DNA of 64,000 nt from a candidate division FCPU426 bacterium (GTDB lineage Bacteria; Oederibacteriota; PGYV01; Palsa-1178), in the NCBI GenBank assembly GCA_963840035.1, contig CAWIXE010000001.1:832001-896000 (forward strand), in the 5' to 3' direction. The position numbers were made by a program, and so were the translations under genes. Below are positions 1-8,773 of this stretch, piece by piece. The number at the start of each line of letters is the position of its first letter. Within the stretch, counting starts at the first letter, position 1. Below the pieces are notes generated by a model. It searched no databases. It had not been told where the DNA came from and saw nothing but the letters and a program-made list of their open reading frames with translations.

Positions 1-327
1 TTCAGTTTATTTAGCCCTGTCGCGTACATAAAGAGCATATTAAAAGAATGGGCAATGGCACGGAAAAAATATGTGGAGAGCGTAGTACTGTTCGGCTCTG
101 TAGCAAGCGGTGAGGAAAACACTTCAAGTGATATAGACCTTTATGTCCGGGTAAAAACAGCCGCGGATAAGCAGGCGGCTGAAAAATCGCTTGAAGACCT
201 GTCAGTGCTCTGCATAAAATTATTCGGAAATGTATTGAATCCGTATATCCTGACTAAAAATGAATGGCAGGTAAAGAAGGACAGCGGGCTCATGGAAAAT
301 ATTGACAAGGGGGTAAAGATATTATGA
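1..327 (+). CDS. Minimal nucleotidyltransferase (MNT) domain protein, probably 5'-truncated by the window edge
   Basis: LFGSVASGEENTSSDIDL matches the GS-x10-DxD MNT motif. The frame is open from base 1 (FSLFSPVAYIKS...), so the start may lie upstream. Overlaps the next gene (ATGA). Confidence 0.85.
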   Translation, partial: FSLFSPVAYIKSILKEWAMARKKYVESVVLFGSVASGEENTSSDIDLYVRVKTAADKQAAEKSLEDLSVLCIKLFGNVLNPYILTKNEWQVKKDSGLMENIDKGVKIL

Positions 328-737
328 CGAAAAACATCAAAACAAGGGATGTTGAAAAGGGGTTATTCAGGAATTTCTTACAGAAAGCCGATGAGAACTT
401 CAGCGCGGCGGCAGGAGCGCTCGAAGAAAACAGGTATAACGCCGCGGCTGTAAGCTCCGTCCACTCCGCCATCTCGGCCGCTGACGCGTACTGTGTCCAC
501 GGCCTGGGCAAAAGATGCGCGTCCGAGAACCACAAAGACGCCTCAGCCCTGATAATGGACGCGACAAGCGACAAAGAGACAAATAAAAAGATCACAAGTA
601 TCTTTGATTCGGTAATAAGGATCAAAAATATGGCTGAATATGAAGAACGGCTGGTACGGCAGAAAGAGGCTCAGAAGGCGGTCAAGGAAGCCGGGGAGCT
701 GCTGGAGATGATAAAGACGGTGATGAGGGAGAAGTAG
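324..737 (+). CDS. HEPN domain protein (MNT-HEPN pair, type VII TA-like)
   Basis: 137 aa, predicted helical. N-terminal 'KADENFSAA..ALEENRYNAA' and C-terminal 'RIKNMAEY' are HEPN-like. Translationally coupled to the MNT gene. Confidence 0.8.
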   Translation: MTKNIKTRDVEKGLFRNFLQKADENFSAAAGALEENRYNAAAVSSVHSAISAADAYCVHGLGKRCASENHKDASALIMDATSDKETNKKITSIFDSVIRIKNMAEYEERLVRQKEAQKAVKEAGELLEMIKTVMREK

Positions 738-947
738 GTTAAAGGATTTTTGGAGTTATGCATAGACACAGCATGAATCAAGTTGTTTAAAAACAACGTA
801 ACAGGAAGTCGGCGTTTAAATATACGGGGGTTGCGAAAAATGAGATTAGTAAATTTTAGAAAATTCATATTTTATACCGGCCCAACGATGTTTCTCATAA
901 TTATTTGGATATTGACCAACCTCAAGTTTATATTGTAACTAAATACA

Positions 948-1015
948 CTTGAGAGCCGGCTTGCTAGCTCTCAAGGCGGGATTCACGTCTGAGAGGGGGC
1001 AAGCCCCCTCTCTAC
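948..1015. repeat. REP-like doublet, GTAGAG-tagged family
   Basis: Hairpins cttgagagc..gctctcaag and gagagggggc-aa-gccccctctc, ending in ctctac (reverse complement of gtagag). Same layout as 34707-34776. Confidence 0.65.
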
Positions 1016-1092
1016 AAAATCAGGTTGTTGGTTTTCATTGAAATGCTTCATGAGCCGACGTCCATTCGTGGGTGCAAAAAGCAACAACCATC

Positions 1093-1118
1093 GTAGAGAT
1101 GCCACCTGTGGGCATCTC
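1093..1118. repeat. REP-like palindrome, GTAGAG family
   Basis: gtagagatgcc-acctgtg-ggcatctc. Confidence 0.6.
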
Positions 1119-1243
1119 CAGGCAGGACCTCGTTTCACCCCTTCGTTTTATCGGGGTGCGCCTATTCTACGGTTGCCATTATGTAAACAGTTGACATCCC
1201 CTCGAGGGAACTGTCGGTGGTTTGAGGGTATGAATGGCTTTAT

Positions 1244-1279
1244 TAGGCGCAGGCCGGTGAAACGTAGGCCTGCGACTAC
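1244..1279. repeat. 36-bp REP-like element (GTAGTCGCAGGCC family), copy 1
   Basis: Reverse complement of 14585-14620 with one mismatch; internal gcaggcc..ggcctgc stem. Confidence 0.75.
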
Positions 1280-1327
1280 GAAACATAAATGAGGTTGTTT
1301 TTGGGATTTGTGATTTCGGATTTGTGA

Positions 1328-1356
1328 TTGAATTACTACTACCCCTGTGTTATCAT
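1328..1356 (+). promoter_or_regulatory. Putative sigma70 promoter for tonB (likely leaderless)
   Basis: ttgaat-N17-tatcat with TGn extension. ATG at 1364 follows after 7 nt with no Shine-Dalgarno. Confidence 0.5.
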
Positions 1357-1363
1357 CCATATT

Positions 1364-1957
1364 ATGAAAAAAACAGCCATAAACCTAGTCACCATAGCCG
1401 CTTTATTCTTCTCCGTGATGCTCCATGCCGCCTTAATCGGCGGGTTGGCTTACGCGGCGGGGATGTTTCCTTCAAAACAGGATGCATATAATAAGGAAAC
1501 GAAAACATCGAACCGCAACTCTGCTTACGCTCTTTTGCCGGATGTGGAGATAATATCGCAGGAATCCTCATTAAAGAAAAACGAAAACACTGAAAAAACA
1601 GTTACAGACCCTGAATCTTTCGGAAAAGCAGGGGCCCAGGCTGTGGAGTCCTCTGATAATACGGACAAATCGGTTTTTTCCTTTGAAGACGCTGTAAAAC
1701 GCAGGATACAGGAGGCAAGGATGTATCCTGTCGACGCCAAGCGCACCGGCACACAGGGCACGGCAAAGGTGGCGTTTACCCTTACACCCGACGGCGGGGT
1801 TTCTTCCGTGAACGTTGTCTCTTCCTCAGGGGATAAGATACTCGATGACGAGGCTGTATCAACCATAAAAAGGGCTTCGCCTTATCCGGTATTTCCGGAG
1901 AGCATAAAATCAAACAAAATGGATCTGCAGATAGCTATAGTTTTTAAGCTGAATTAG
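1364..1957 (+). CDS. tonB: TonB family energy transducer
   Basis: N-terminal TM with S-x3-H (SVMLH); C-terminal YP..AKR.G.QG.A.V.F...DG.V...SSG...LD.EA...PYP.FP TonB_C pattern. Start moved to ATG 1364. Confidence 0.85.
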   Translation: MKKTAINLVTIAALFFSVMLHAALIGGLAYAAGMFPSKQDAYNKETKTSNRNSAYALLPDVEIISQESSLKKNENTEKTVTDPESFGKAGAQAVESSDNTDKSVFSFEDAVKRRIQEARMYPVDAKRTGTQGTAKVAFTLTPDGGVSSVNVVSSSGDKILDDEAVSTIKRASPYPVFPESIKSNKMDLQIAIVFKLN

Positions 1958-1970
1958 GCATAAAGGAATT

Positions 1971-2082
1971 GTCATTGCGAGGAGGCGTTTTTGTTCTTTG
2001 CCGACGAAGCAATCTGGCGGTTTTTAAGGCTTAAACGAGATTGCTTCGTCACCATAAGGCAAGAACGGTTCCTCGCAATGAC
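1971..2082. repeat. GTCATTGCGAG...CTCGCAATGAC palindromic element, copy 1
   Basis: Terminal inverted repeat gtcattgcgagg/cctcgcaatgac and inner stem gacgaagcaatc/gattgcttcgtc. Related copies at 6421, 17870 and 53203. Confidence 0.85.
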
Positions 2083-2101
2083 AACAAAACAGGAGAAAAA
2101 A

Positions 2102-4000
2102 ATGAAAAAAAGTGCAATAACTTTTATTACGCTCTTATTGCTGCTCATTGCACCGGCTTTAATCCGCGCTGAGGAAATTCAGGGGTTTGTGCCTGCTGTC
2201 AGCGAGGCGCCTGACGCTGATATCGGCAGGATAATGGTGGAGGACGAGGAGTCCATAACTGAAAGCGGCATTAATGACGACGGAAAATCATTTGTTATCT
2301 ATAAAGGCGCTGATGTTTTGTCCGGGGGGGCTGTGAGCGTGGAAGACCTTCTGGAAAATTTGCCGGGTGTTTATTTAAATAAAAGCAGCCTGCTTAACAT
2401 GGGCACCGGCACATTCGCGGCTTCAAATCTTAAGATACGCGGCCTGGGCGGCGCGCCAAACTCAGGCATACTTGTAATCGTTGACGGCATCCCAAGGTCA
2501 ATGGGGGTTTTTAAGCACCCTTTGTTCGACACCATCCAGCTGGGGTCCGCGGAATCAGTTGAAATTATCAAAGGGCCATGCGGCGTGCTTTACGGAAACC
2601 AGGCAGTGGCCGGGGTAATAAACATTAAGACAAAAACAATTGATAACGAAGGGATGAAAACTTCCATTGGAACCATGATTGGCAACCATTATACCCAGAG
2701 CCATTTCATAGAGACCCGTATCAGGAAGCAGGAACTGCAGATAGGCGCCAATGTAAATTACAATTCCACGGCCGGGATCAGGCCGAATTCGGATTCATAT
2801 GACGAGAACGCGCACGGGTCGCTTAAGTATGACCTGGACGAGAACTGGGTTGTTTCGGCTGAAGGGGATTATTCATATATAAGGGAATTTAACCCCGGCC
2901 CGACGGACGCGATAAACTGGGTAAGGGAAGCTGAAAGCTACAGGCTCATACAGCGTGACGGAAAAATATCCATGGAACACAAGCACGGCGATTTATCAGG
3001 AAGCTTGACTGCATATACGGATTCAGGCTCAAACCAGTTTTTGAAAAACGCGAAACCGTCTTTGACACCCGGAGTTTACATAATTACCCCGGGTATATAT
3101 TCAATGTACGAAAATCAGGGCGCCAGGGTGGCGGAGGAATGGATAGCGCTTCCCGGCAATTCAACCAAGTTCGGCTTTGACTGGGATTACCTCGGCGCGT
3201 TCTTCGCGGCAGGGCCGAACCATTCAGGATGGCATGAGAATTCATTTTCCCCTTATATCTCCTCCAGCCAGGTTGCCGGTATTTTTACCCTTTCCGCCGG
3301 GTTAAGGTGCTACATCAGCTCGGTATGGGGCACAGAATTCATACCCCAGGCAGCTTTTAAAATATCCCTTTTTGAGGGGCAGTACATTTATATAAACGCG
3401 TCAAAAGGGTTTAAAACGCCGGCGATAGGCACTGTCATATTCGAGGATTTTGACGGGTTAAAGCCCGAGGATTACTGGCAGTACGAAGTCGGGGTAACAC
3501 ATAATATCATGGACAACGTGAAGTACGGGATATCATTATACCAGACAGAGGGCACAAATCTTTTGAGGTACAATCAGGCGTTATTGAAAACTGAAAACAG
3601 CGGCAGGATACTTTTCCGCGGCATTGACACGGACCTGGACATACGCATCCTGACATATCTGCACCTGGGAGGAACGCTCTCATACCTGGACCCGCGGGAA
3701 AAGACAGCCGGCCAGGCCATACTTTCCGGGTCGGTATATTATAAAGTCGAGACAGGCGCCTTTGACGCCGGGGTAAACTGCAGTTTTGCCAAGGACAGGT
3801 TTGATGGCGACCTGCGCAGCGTAAACGTAGGCGACTACGCCATATTCGGCGCGGATGTATCGTATAAGGCAAAACTTTTCGGGGCGGAAGAAGAATTCTA
3901 TTTAAATGTTGGAAATATTTTCAACAGGCAGTACCTGGTAAAGACGGGTTATCCCGCGGCAGGGTTTGATTACAAGACCGGTTTAACAATAAAATTCTAG
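2102..4000 (+). CDS. TonB-dependent outer-membrane receptor
   Basis: Signal peptide; plug motifs 'LLENLPGV', 'IRGLG', 'VIVDGIP', 'VEIIKGP..LYG..AVAGVINIKTK'; barrel-end 'NIFNRQY'; C-terminal Phe. The ORF-track start lies inside a repeat; ATG 2102 has an aggag SD. Confidence 0.9.
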   Translation: MKKSAITFITLLLLLIAPALIRAEEIQGFVPAVSEAPDADIGRIMVEDEESITESGINDDGKSFVIYKGADVLSGGAVSVEDLLENLPGVYLNKSSLLNMGTGTFAASNLKIRGLGGAPNSGILVIVDGIPRSMGVFKHPLFDTIQLGSAESVEIIKGPCGVLYGNQAVAGVINIKTKTIDNEGMKTSIGTMIGNHYTQSHFIETRIRKQELQIGANVNYNSTAGIRPNSDSYDENAHGSLKYDLDENWVVSAEGDYSYIREFNPGPTDAINWVREAESYRLIQRDGKISMEHKHGDLSGSLTAYTDSGSNQFLKNAKPSLTPGVYIITPGIYSMYENQGARVAEEWIALPGNSTKFGFDWDYLGAFFAAGPNHSGWHENSFSPYISSSQVAGIFTLSAGLRCYISSVWGTEFIPQAAFKISLFEGQYIYINASKGFKTPAIGTVIFEDFDGLKPEDYWQYEVGVTHNIMDNVKYGISLYQTEGTNLLRYNQALLKTENSGRILFRGIDTDLDIRILTYLHLGGTLSYLDPREKTAGQAILSGSVYYKVETGAFDAGVNCSFAKDRFDGDLRSVNVGDYAIFGADVSYKAKLFGAEEEFYLNVGNIFNRQYLVKTGYPAAGFDYKTGLTIKF

Positions 4001-4019
4001 ACCTCGTTTGAGCAGCGTT

Positions 4020-4086
4020 CGGGTGAGCCACCGGCTCACCCCTACGAAGACAAAAAACACGTAGGGGCGAGCCGGTGGCTCGCCCG
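4020..4086. repeat. Inverted pair of GTAGGGG-type REP palindromes
   Basis: cgggtgagccaccggctcacccctac ... gtaggggcgagccggtggctcgcccg. Confidence 0.75.
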
Positions 4087-4106
4087 GTTCTTAAGGGAGA
4101 GCACAA

Positions 4107-4922
4107 ATGAAAAGAAGCATGTTATTGGCTGTCATATTTACAACCCTGGTATTATCAGGCTGCATGAAGCCCGTACCTGTCACCGACTCCATACTTTGCG
4201 GGACTACCATGATTGAGTCTCTTGTTTTGGACTGCGACCCTGCGGCAAAAGTTTCCACGCTTATACCCGGGGAAGTATGCCCGGGCGGATATGATTTAAA
4301 ACCCGATGACGCCAGGAAGATAGCGGCGGCAAAGCTATTTATGATACATCCGTTCCAGAAGGACCTTGCGGAAAAGGCATTAAAGACAAACCCGAAATTA
4401 ATTATTGAATACATAAAGGCGCCGGACATGCAGGTGCCGGAGAATTATTTCCGGGGTTTGCAGGAAGCCGCATTCATACTTGCCAAGAACAACGGGCCCA
4501 GGACGCAGTATTACATAGAAAACATGAACTTAAAAATGAGGCAGGTCAGGGAAACTGTTATTAATGAAGCGGCATATATCATGAAGCTTAAGGATAAGAA
4601 AATAAAAGTGTTGTGCAGCGTTTTCCAGCAGTCTTTCGCCGAGTACCTTGGCTTTGAAGTTGTCGGGGCGTTTGCCGGGCCTGAGACCATAAACGCGAAG
4701 GGGCTCTCAGACCTTCTGGCAAAGGCAAAAGCCTCCCATGCGGGGCTTATAATAAGCAATATGACCGGCGGACACGACGAGACCGCGGATGTGCTCAACA
4801 AACAGCTGAAAATAAAAAAGGCAATACTGATCAGTTTTCCGGCGGAGTTAAAAGGGCAGCCGATGTTCATGTCCATGTGGGCGTATAATATGGGCCAGAT
4901 AAAAGCGGCCTGCGGTGAGTAA
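4107..4922 (+). CDS. Metal ABC transporter substrate-binding lipoprotein (ZnuA/TroA-like, atypical ligands)
   Basis: Lipobox LSGC. 'LIPGEVCPGGYDLKPDD..KI..AKL' aligns with the DPH-x-Y-x-x-x-P-x-D region. Operonic with the ATPase and permease. Confidence 0.75.
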   Translation: MKRSMLLAVIFTTLVLSGCMKPVPVTDSILCGTTMIESLVLDCDPAAKVSTLIPGEVCPGGYDLKPDDARKIAAAKLFMIHPFQKDLAEKALKTNPKLIIEYIKAPDMQVPENYFRGLQEAAFILAKNNGPRTQYYIENMNLKMRQVRETVINEAAYIMKLKDKKIKVLCSVFQQSFAEYLGFEVVGAFAGPETINAKGLSDLLAKAKASHAGLIISNMTGGHDETADVLNKQLKIKKAILISFPAELKGQPMFMSMWAYNMGQIKAACGE

Positions 4923-5600
4923 ATGCATTACTGCGTAAGCGCTGAAAATATAAGCGTCAACCTGGACGGGAAGACAGTCCTTAAAAATATAAATTTAGGC
5001 CTTAAGCGCGGCGAATTTGTGACAGTGCTGGGCCCCAGCGGCTCGGGAAAGACGACGCTTTTAAAAACCCTTCTTGGATTTTATAAACCCGCAACAGGCA
5101 CGATAACCGTGGCCGGGACTTCCGAAACGCGCCTCATCAGAAAAAGGACGGGCTACATGCCGCAGGCCTTTGACGTGGACAGGAATTTCCCCATGCTCGC
5201 CGGAGACGTGGCGCGCATAGGAGCTGTCCCGGGGATAGCGGAAGAAAACAAGGACGACCTTAATATCTCATCCCTGGCCGCAAAACCCTTTGGCAGGCTC
5301 TCCGGCGGCGAAAAGCAGAAAGTCATGCTTGCAATGGTGTTATCCAGGAAGCCCGGAATACTCATGCTCGATGAGCCAAACTTAAACCTGGACATGAAGT
5401 CATACGCTGAGTTTTTAAAGCTTGTAGAAAAGGCGCATAAAAAACACAGCCATACCATAATATTCGTAACCCACCTTATAAGCCACATACCGGCGTCATG
5501 CGGCAGGATAATCGTTATGAAAGAAGGGTCTGTGATTTATGACGGGACAAAGGCCGGGCTTTTAAGGAAAAAAAACATAATGGGGTATCTATATGGATGA
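4923..5600 (+). CDS. Metal ABC transporter ATP-binding protein (ZnuC-like)
   Basis: Walker A GPSGSGKTT, Q-loop GYMPQ, signature LSGGEKQ, Walker B LMLDEP, H-switch VTH. Confidence 0.9.
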   Translation: MHYCVSAENISVNLDGKTVLKNINLGLKRGEFVTVLGPSGSGKTTLLKTLLGFYKPATGTITVAGTSETRLIRKRTGYMPQAFDVDRNFPMLAGDVARIGAVPGIAEENKDDLNISSLAAKPFGRLSGGEKQKVMLAMVLSRKPGILMLDEPNLNLDMKSYAEFLKLVEKAHKKHSHTIIFVTHLISHIPASCGRIIVMKEGSVIYDGTKAGLLRKKNIMGYLYG

Positions 5601-6378
5601 GCTGGCGTTAAAAGCAATGGCGCTTATGTCCTTAACAGGCGCCGAGTGTGGCTTAATAGGAGTCTTTATATTCCTGCTTAATATCCCGTTTATCGGGGTG
5701 GCTATCGCCCACGCTGCCATGGCAGGCGGCATCTGGGGCGCGGCAGCCGGCATAGAGCCGAGGCTTGCAGCCTTTTTAGCCGCGCTTATCCCTTCGGCCG
5801 CTGCAGGGCCTGCCGCGGATAAGGCAAAGACAAACCCAAACATTGCGCTGAGCATAATATTCTCGCTTTCCATGGGGCTGGCTTACCTTGGAGCAGGGTT
5901 AATGCCCGGCGGCGCGAAAGGCGCTTCAGCTTATTTATGGGGTTCGGTGTTTTTAGCAGGGCCGCAGGACTACGCGCTTATCGCGGCCGTGCTGATAATT
6001 GTCATCGGCCTCATATCCGTATATTTCAGGCAGATATCAGCCGTGCTTTTTAACAGGGAAATAGCGGCGTCGGCAGGGATAAACGCAGGGTTTATTTATT
6101 ACATGATGCTGTTTCTGATAGGAGCGGTGGTAACTGTGAACCTGAACATCATAGGCGGGCTCATGCTTTTTTCGCTGGTTATCACGCCGCCGGCAATCGC
6201 CTACCAGCTGACATTTGACCTTAAAAAGTTTTTCATAATTTCCGGGGTTGCCGGCGCAGCCTTAAGCGCGCTGGGAGCAGTCACGTCGTTCGCGCTCAAC
6301 TGGCCCGTGTCGTCGACTGTCGTAATAGTCAACTCGCTGGCGTACATAGGGGCGTTAATATTGTCGCCGAAAAAGTAG
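5593..6378 (+). CDS. Metal ABC transporter permease (ZnuB/ABC-3 family)
   Basis: Multi-TM; 'IAHAAMAG', 'YLWGS', 'FNREIA..AGI', 'IIGGLML...ITPPAIA' are typical of ABC-3. Confidence 0.85.
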   Translation: MDELALKAMALMSLTGAECGLIGVFIFLLNIPFIGVAIAHAAMAGGIWGAAAGIEPRLAAFLAALIPSAAAGPAADKAKTNPNIALSIIFSLSMGLAYLGAGLMPGGAKGASAYLWGSVFLAGPQDYALIAAVLIIVIGLISVYFRQISAVLFNREIAASAGINAGFIYYMMLFLIGAVVTVNLNIIGGLMLFSLVITPPAIAYQLTFDLKKFFIISGVAGAALSALGAVTSFALNWPVSSTVVIVNSLAYIGALILSPKK

Positions 6379-6420
6379 AACGTTTTTGTGATATAATTGT
6401 ATTGTCAGGCAAGAAATGTT

Positions 6421-6529
6421 GTCATTGCGAGGAGGCGTTTTTGTTCATTGCCGACGAAGCAATCCCTGTTGTACCGTCAAGTACAGAGATTGCTTCGTCG
6501 CCATAAAAAAGGCGGCTCCTCGCAATGAC
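6421..6529. repeat. GTCATTGCGAG palindromic element, copy 2
   Basis: Same termini and inner stem as 1971-2082. Confidence 0.85.
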
Positions 6530-6551
6530 TGTAAAAAAGATGGAGGGTGAA

Positions 6552-6923
6552 ATGAAAAAAATAATTCTCGCATTTACGCTTATTTTCCTTGCGGCATCAT
6601 ACGCAGCCGCGCAGGAACAGGCCACGCCGGGGCAGAAAATGAGGGTTATTGTCGAGGGCGAGGAACAGTCCGCCATCGCAAACGACCTGCAGAAACCCGT
6701 GCTCATTAAGACCGAAAAGAAGAAGGCCACAAGCGCGTCCGACTTAAAGGCCATGGCTGAGAAAGCTTCCATGGAAAACGAGATAATTGACGCCATGATA
6801 GCCAAGATGACTGACATGGAAGCCCAGATAAAATCCCTCCAGAATAACTTCGTAATATGCACCCTTTTGCTGCTGGGTGCATTGATAATGCTGGTGGCAC
6901 TGGTCATTAAAAAAAAGAAATAG
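6552..6923 (+). CDS. Hypothetical exported protein with coiled coil and C-terminal TM anchor
   Basis: ggagg SD; MKKIILAFTLIFLAASYAAA signal peptide; C-terminal hydrophobic stretch followed by KKKK. Confidence 0.7.
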   Translation: MKKIILAFTLIFLAASYAAAQEQATPGQKMRVIVEGEEQSAIANDLQKPVLIKTEKKKATSASDLKAMAEKASMENEIIDAMIAKMTDMEAQIKSLQNNFVICTLLLLGALIMLVALVIKKKK

Positions 6924-6951
6924 GCCGTATTAACGCATGTAAATAGCGTTT

Positions 6952-6977
6952 TTATTGCGCAAACCCCTGCGCAATAA
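6952..6977. promoter_or_regulatory. Inverted repeat, candidate enhancer (UAS) for a sigma54 activator
   Basis: ttattgcgca-aacccc-tgcgcaataa, a perfect 10-bp inverted repeat ending about 55 bp upstream of a -24/-12 box. Confidence 0.5.
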
Positions 6978-7032
6978 CCATCCTTTGCGCACCGCCAATT
7001 GTAAAAAACCCTGTAAAATAAGCGTAATCCCG

Positions 7033-7048
7033 TGGCATGCCCTTTGCT
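7033..7048 (+). promoter_or_regulatory. Sigma54 (-24/-12) promoter
   Basis: TGGCATG-CCCT-TTGCT matches TGGCACG-N4-TTGCW with exact GG-N10-GC spacing. Confidence 0.75.
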
Positions 7049-7091
7049 AATTCATATCTGTAAGCAAAAAACAGCGAAGGGAGGAACTAAA

Positions 7092-7868
7092 ATGAACAAA
7101 AGGATCTTAATTGCGGTGGCAGCGGCGGCTTTTGCCTGGTCCATGGCGGGATGCGCGGGAACTTCCATAGACAGGAATTACGTCATTACGTCCGTGGGTT
7201 ACGCGGAAAAAACACCGGGGGCAGCGGGCGTGGAGCGCGAGGCCTATGAGAACGCCAAGACGAACCTTCTTGAAAACCTGCAGATTTTCATGGACTACGA
7301 AGTGCCGCTTTCCGACAAAATGGTAAGGAACATTCTTTTCGGCACAAGCATGCTTTCAAGGGGTTACAAGAAGCCGGGCCTTTACTGCGTCACATTAAGT
7401 TACAGCTTCGACCTCTACAGGTTCGTGGTGGACAACTTAAGTTTTAAGGAAATAAGGACCTGGAAATTCCTGGGGCTGGACAACTACTACTCGGATTACA
7501 TGCGCTCGGGCTACCCCATAGGCATCTGGCTGAAGAAAAACCAGAACGCCGGAAGGAAGCACGAACCCACCACGCTGATGATGCTCTCCGCCATACCGGT
7601 GTACTCGGGGTTTTTCAACCTGAACAAGGGCATAGAAGCGGGATTCTTCACCTCGGCAAAATCAGCCTGCGCCCTTACAGCGGCTTTTCATCCGGACGTA
7701 AAGGCAAAGATGTGGTCATTAGGAGGGCTCATACTCATGACAGCCCTTGATATGTGGGCGGTCTATACTGGCTCGGACACTATCAATAAGAAGCTTAACG
7801 CCCTTGAGCAGTCGGTCATTAACGAAGGCGCGGAAACAAAAATCCCGGTATTTACCGGAAAGTTTTAA
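7092..7868 (+). CDS. Hypothetical protein, probable lipoprotein
   Basis: ggagg SD before ATG 7092; MNKRILIAVAAAAFAWSMAG-C lipobox-like signal; hydrophobic segments near the C-terminus. Confidence 0.7.
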   Translation: MNKRILIAVAAAAFAWSMAGCAGTSIDRNYVITSVGYAEKTPGAAGVEREAYENAKTNLLENLQIFMDYEVPLSDKMVRNILFGTSMLSRGYKKPGLYCVTLSYSFDLYRFVVDNLSFKEIRTWKFLGLDNYYSDYMRSGYPIGIWLKKNQNAGRKHEPTTLMMLSAIPVYSGFFNLNKGIEAGFFTSAKSACALTAAFHPDVKAKMWSLGGLILMTALDMWAVYTGSDTINKKLNALEQSVINEGAETKIPVFTGKF

Positions 7869-7890
7869 AAAACACAAGGAGGAAAAGAAA

Positions 7891-8502
7891 ATGAAAACAA
7901 AAATTTTGGGAATGGTACTTGGAGCGGCAATTGTTTTAAGCAGCGCGGTTATGGCGGAGAACGGGTATTACCAGGCGCCCGGGTATAACAACGCCAGGGG
8001 AGCGGTTCTGGACGTAACAAGGGGCATAGATGAATACGACGCAAGGGCAAACAAGACAGGATACTGGGTGGTGGGAGTGGGCGCGGCTGTAAACAGCCTT
8101 CCGCTCTCGGCCTCAAAGTTCACGCTTCCGCTGCTATACGTAGGCTACGAGTCCATTAACAGAAAGTCCATAGGAGACATGGATATGGCGTGGGCTTTCG
8201 GGCTCTATGACCTGATGCCGGAAATAGAATTTGCCGTGATGATACCGGCAAAACCGTTTGACTTCAGGATCAGCGCCGGCGGCTTCTATGACGTAATAAT
8301 CGGCGGAACAGTCGGTGTAATAGCAAAAGCGGGAGTGATCATCAACAAGTCCATGCAGTTTGACCTGGTTTTCATCCCGATAGGCACGCAGCCGACAGTA
8401 TCCTATTCAGAGTCGCTTGCGCAGCAACATATAGTAATGAACGACGGCAAGCACGGCCTTGACTTCCCGGTATTCGGAGTGCAGGTAAGCTACAGGATGT
8501 AA
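7891..8502 (+). CDS. Hypothetical exported protein, possibly an outer-membrane beta-barrel
   Basis: aggagg SD; signal peptide; alternating amphipathic strands; C-terminus FGVQVSYRM. Confidence 0.65.
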   Translation: MKTKILGMVLGAAIVLSSAVMAENGYYQAPGYNNARGAVLDVTRGIDEYDARANKTGYWVVGVGAAVNSLPLSASKFTLPLLYVGYESINRKSIGDMDMAWAFGLYDLMPEIEFAVMIPAKPFDFRISAGGFYDVIIGGTVGVIAKAGVIINKSMQFDLVFIPIGTQPTVSYSESLAQQHIVMNDGKHGLDFPVFGVQVSYRM

Positions 8503-8519
8503 GGGGGAATGCGGGGGGC

Positions 8520-8546
8520 AAAAGGCGGGCGTAAAGCCCGCCTTTT
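8520..8546 (+). terminator. Rho-independent terminator, potentially bidirectional
   Basis: aaaaggcgggc-gtaaa-gcccgcctttt. Confidence 0.85.
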
Positions 8547-8597
8547 GTTATTCCGCAGACGATAAGAAAAATGTCCTGTTAAAGCAAGAGCTAATTT

Positions 8598-8681
8598 ATT
8601 GAAGATAGTAGATTGAAGATTGCGGATTAATAGACGCAGGCCGGTTTTTTAATCCGCAATCTTCAATCTGCTATCTTCAAT
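8598..8681. repeat. Long hairpin with 7-nt periodic arms
   Basis: attgaagatagtagattgaagattgcggattaa ... ttaatccgcaatcttcaatctgctatcttcaat. Confidence 0.75.
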
Positions 8682-8773
8682 TACTCAGTCCGTCACCTGT
8701 ACAAATCCAACTGATACATTTACATAAATGAAAAATAGATTTATAATGGGGCAATTAAACAATCGGAGGCTTT

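Noticed and set aside
921..953. Metal-regulator (Fur/Zur) box ctcaagt-N19-acttgag
   Set aside because: It is an imperfect palindrome overlapping a REP, about 400 bp from tonB, with no convincing match to a known consensus.
1038..1360. Short ORFs 1038-1292 (+) and 1148-1360 (-)
   Set aside because: They run through REP palindromes and heptamer tracts and show no protein-like features.
738..1363. Cobalamin riboswitch upstream of the TonB/TBDR operon
   Set aside because: I could not find the conserved B12-box elements; the hairpins present are REP-like. An Rfam scan would be decisive.
1991..2101. ORF-track N-terminal extensions of the TBDR, and of the ORFs at 6525, 7032, 7747, 11854, 19714, 21408, 33411 and 53487
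   Set aside because: The extensions run through repeats, promoters, intergenic DNA or the upstream gene; downstream ATGs have SDs and/or begin signal peptides.
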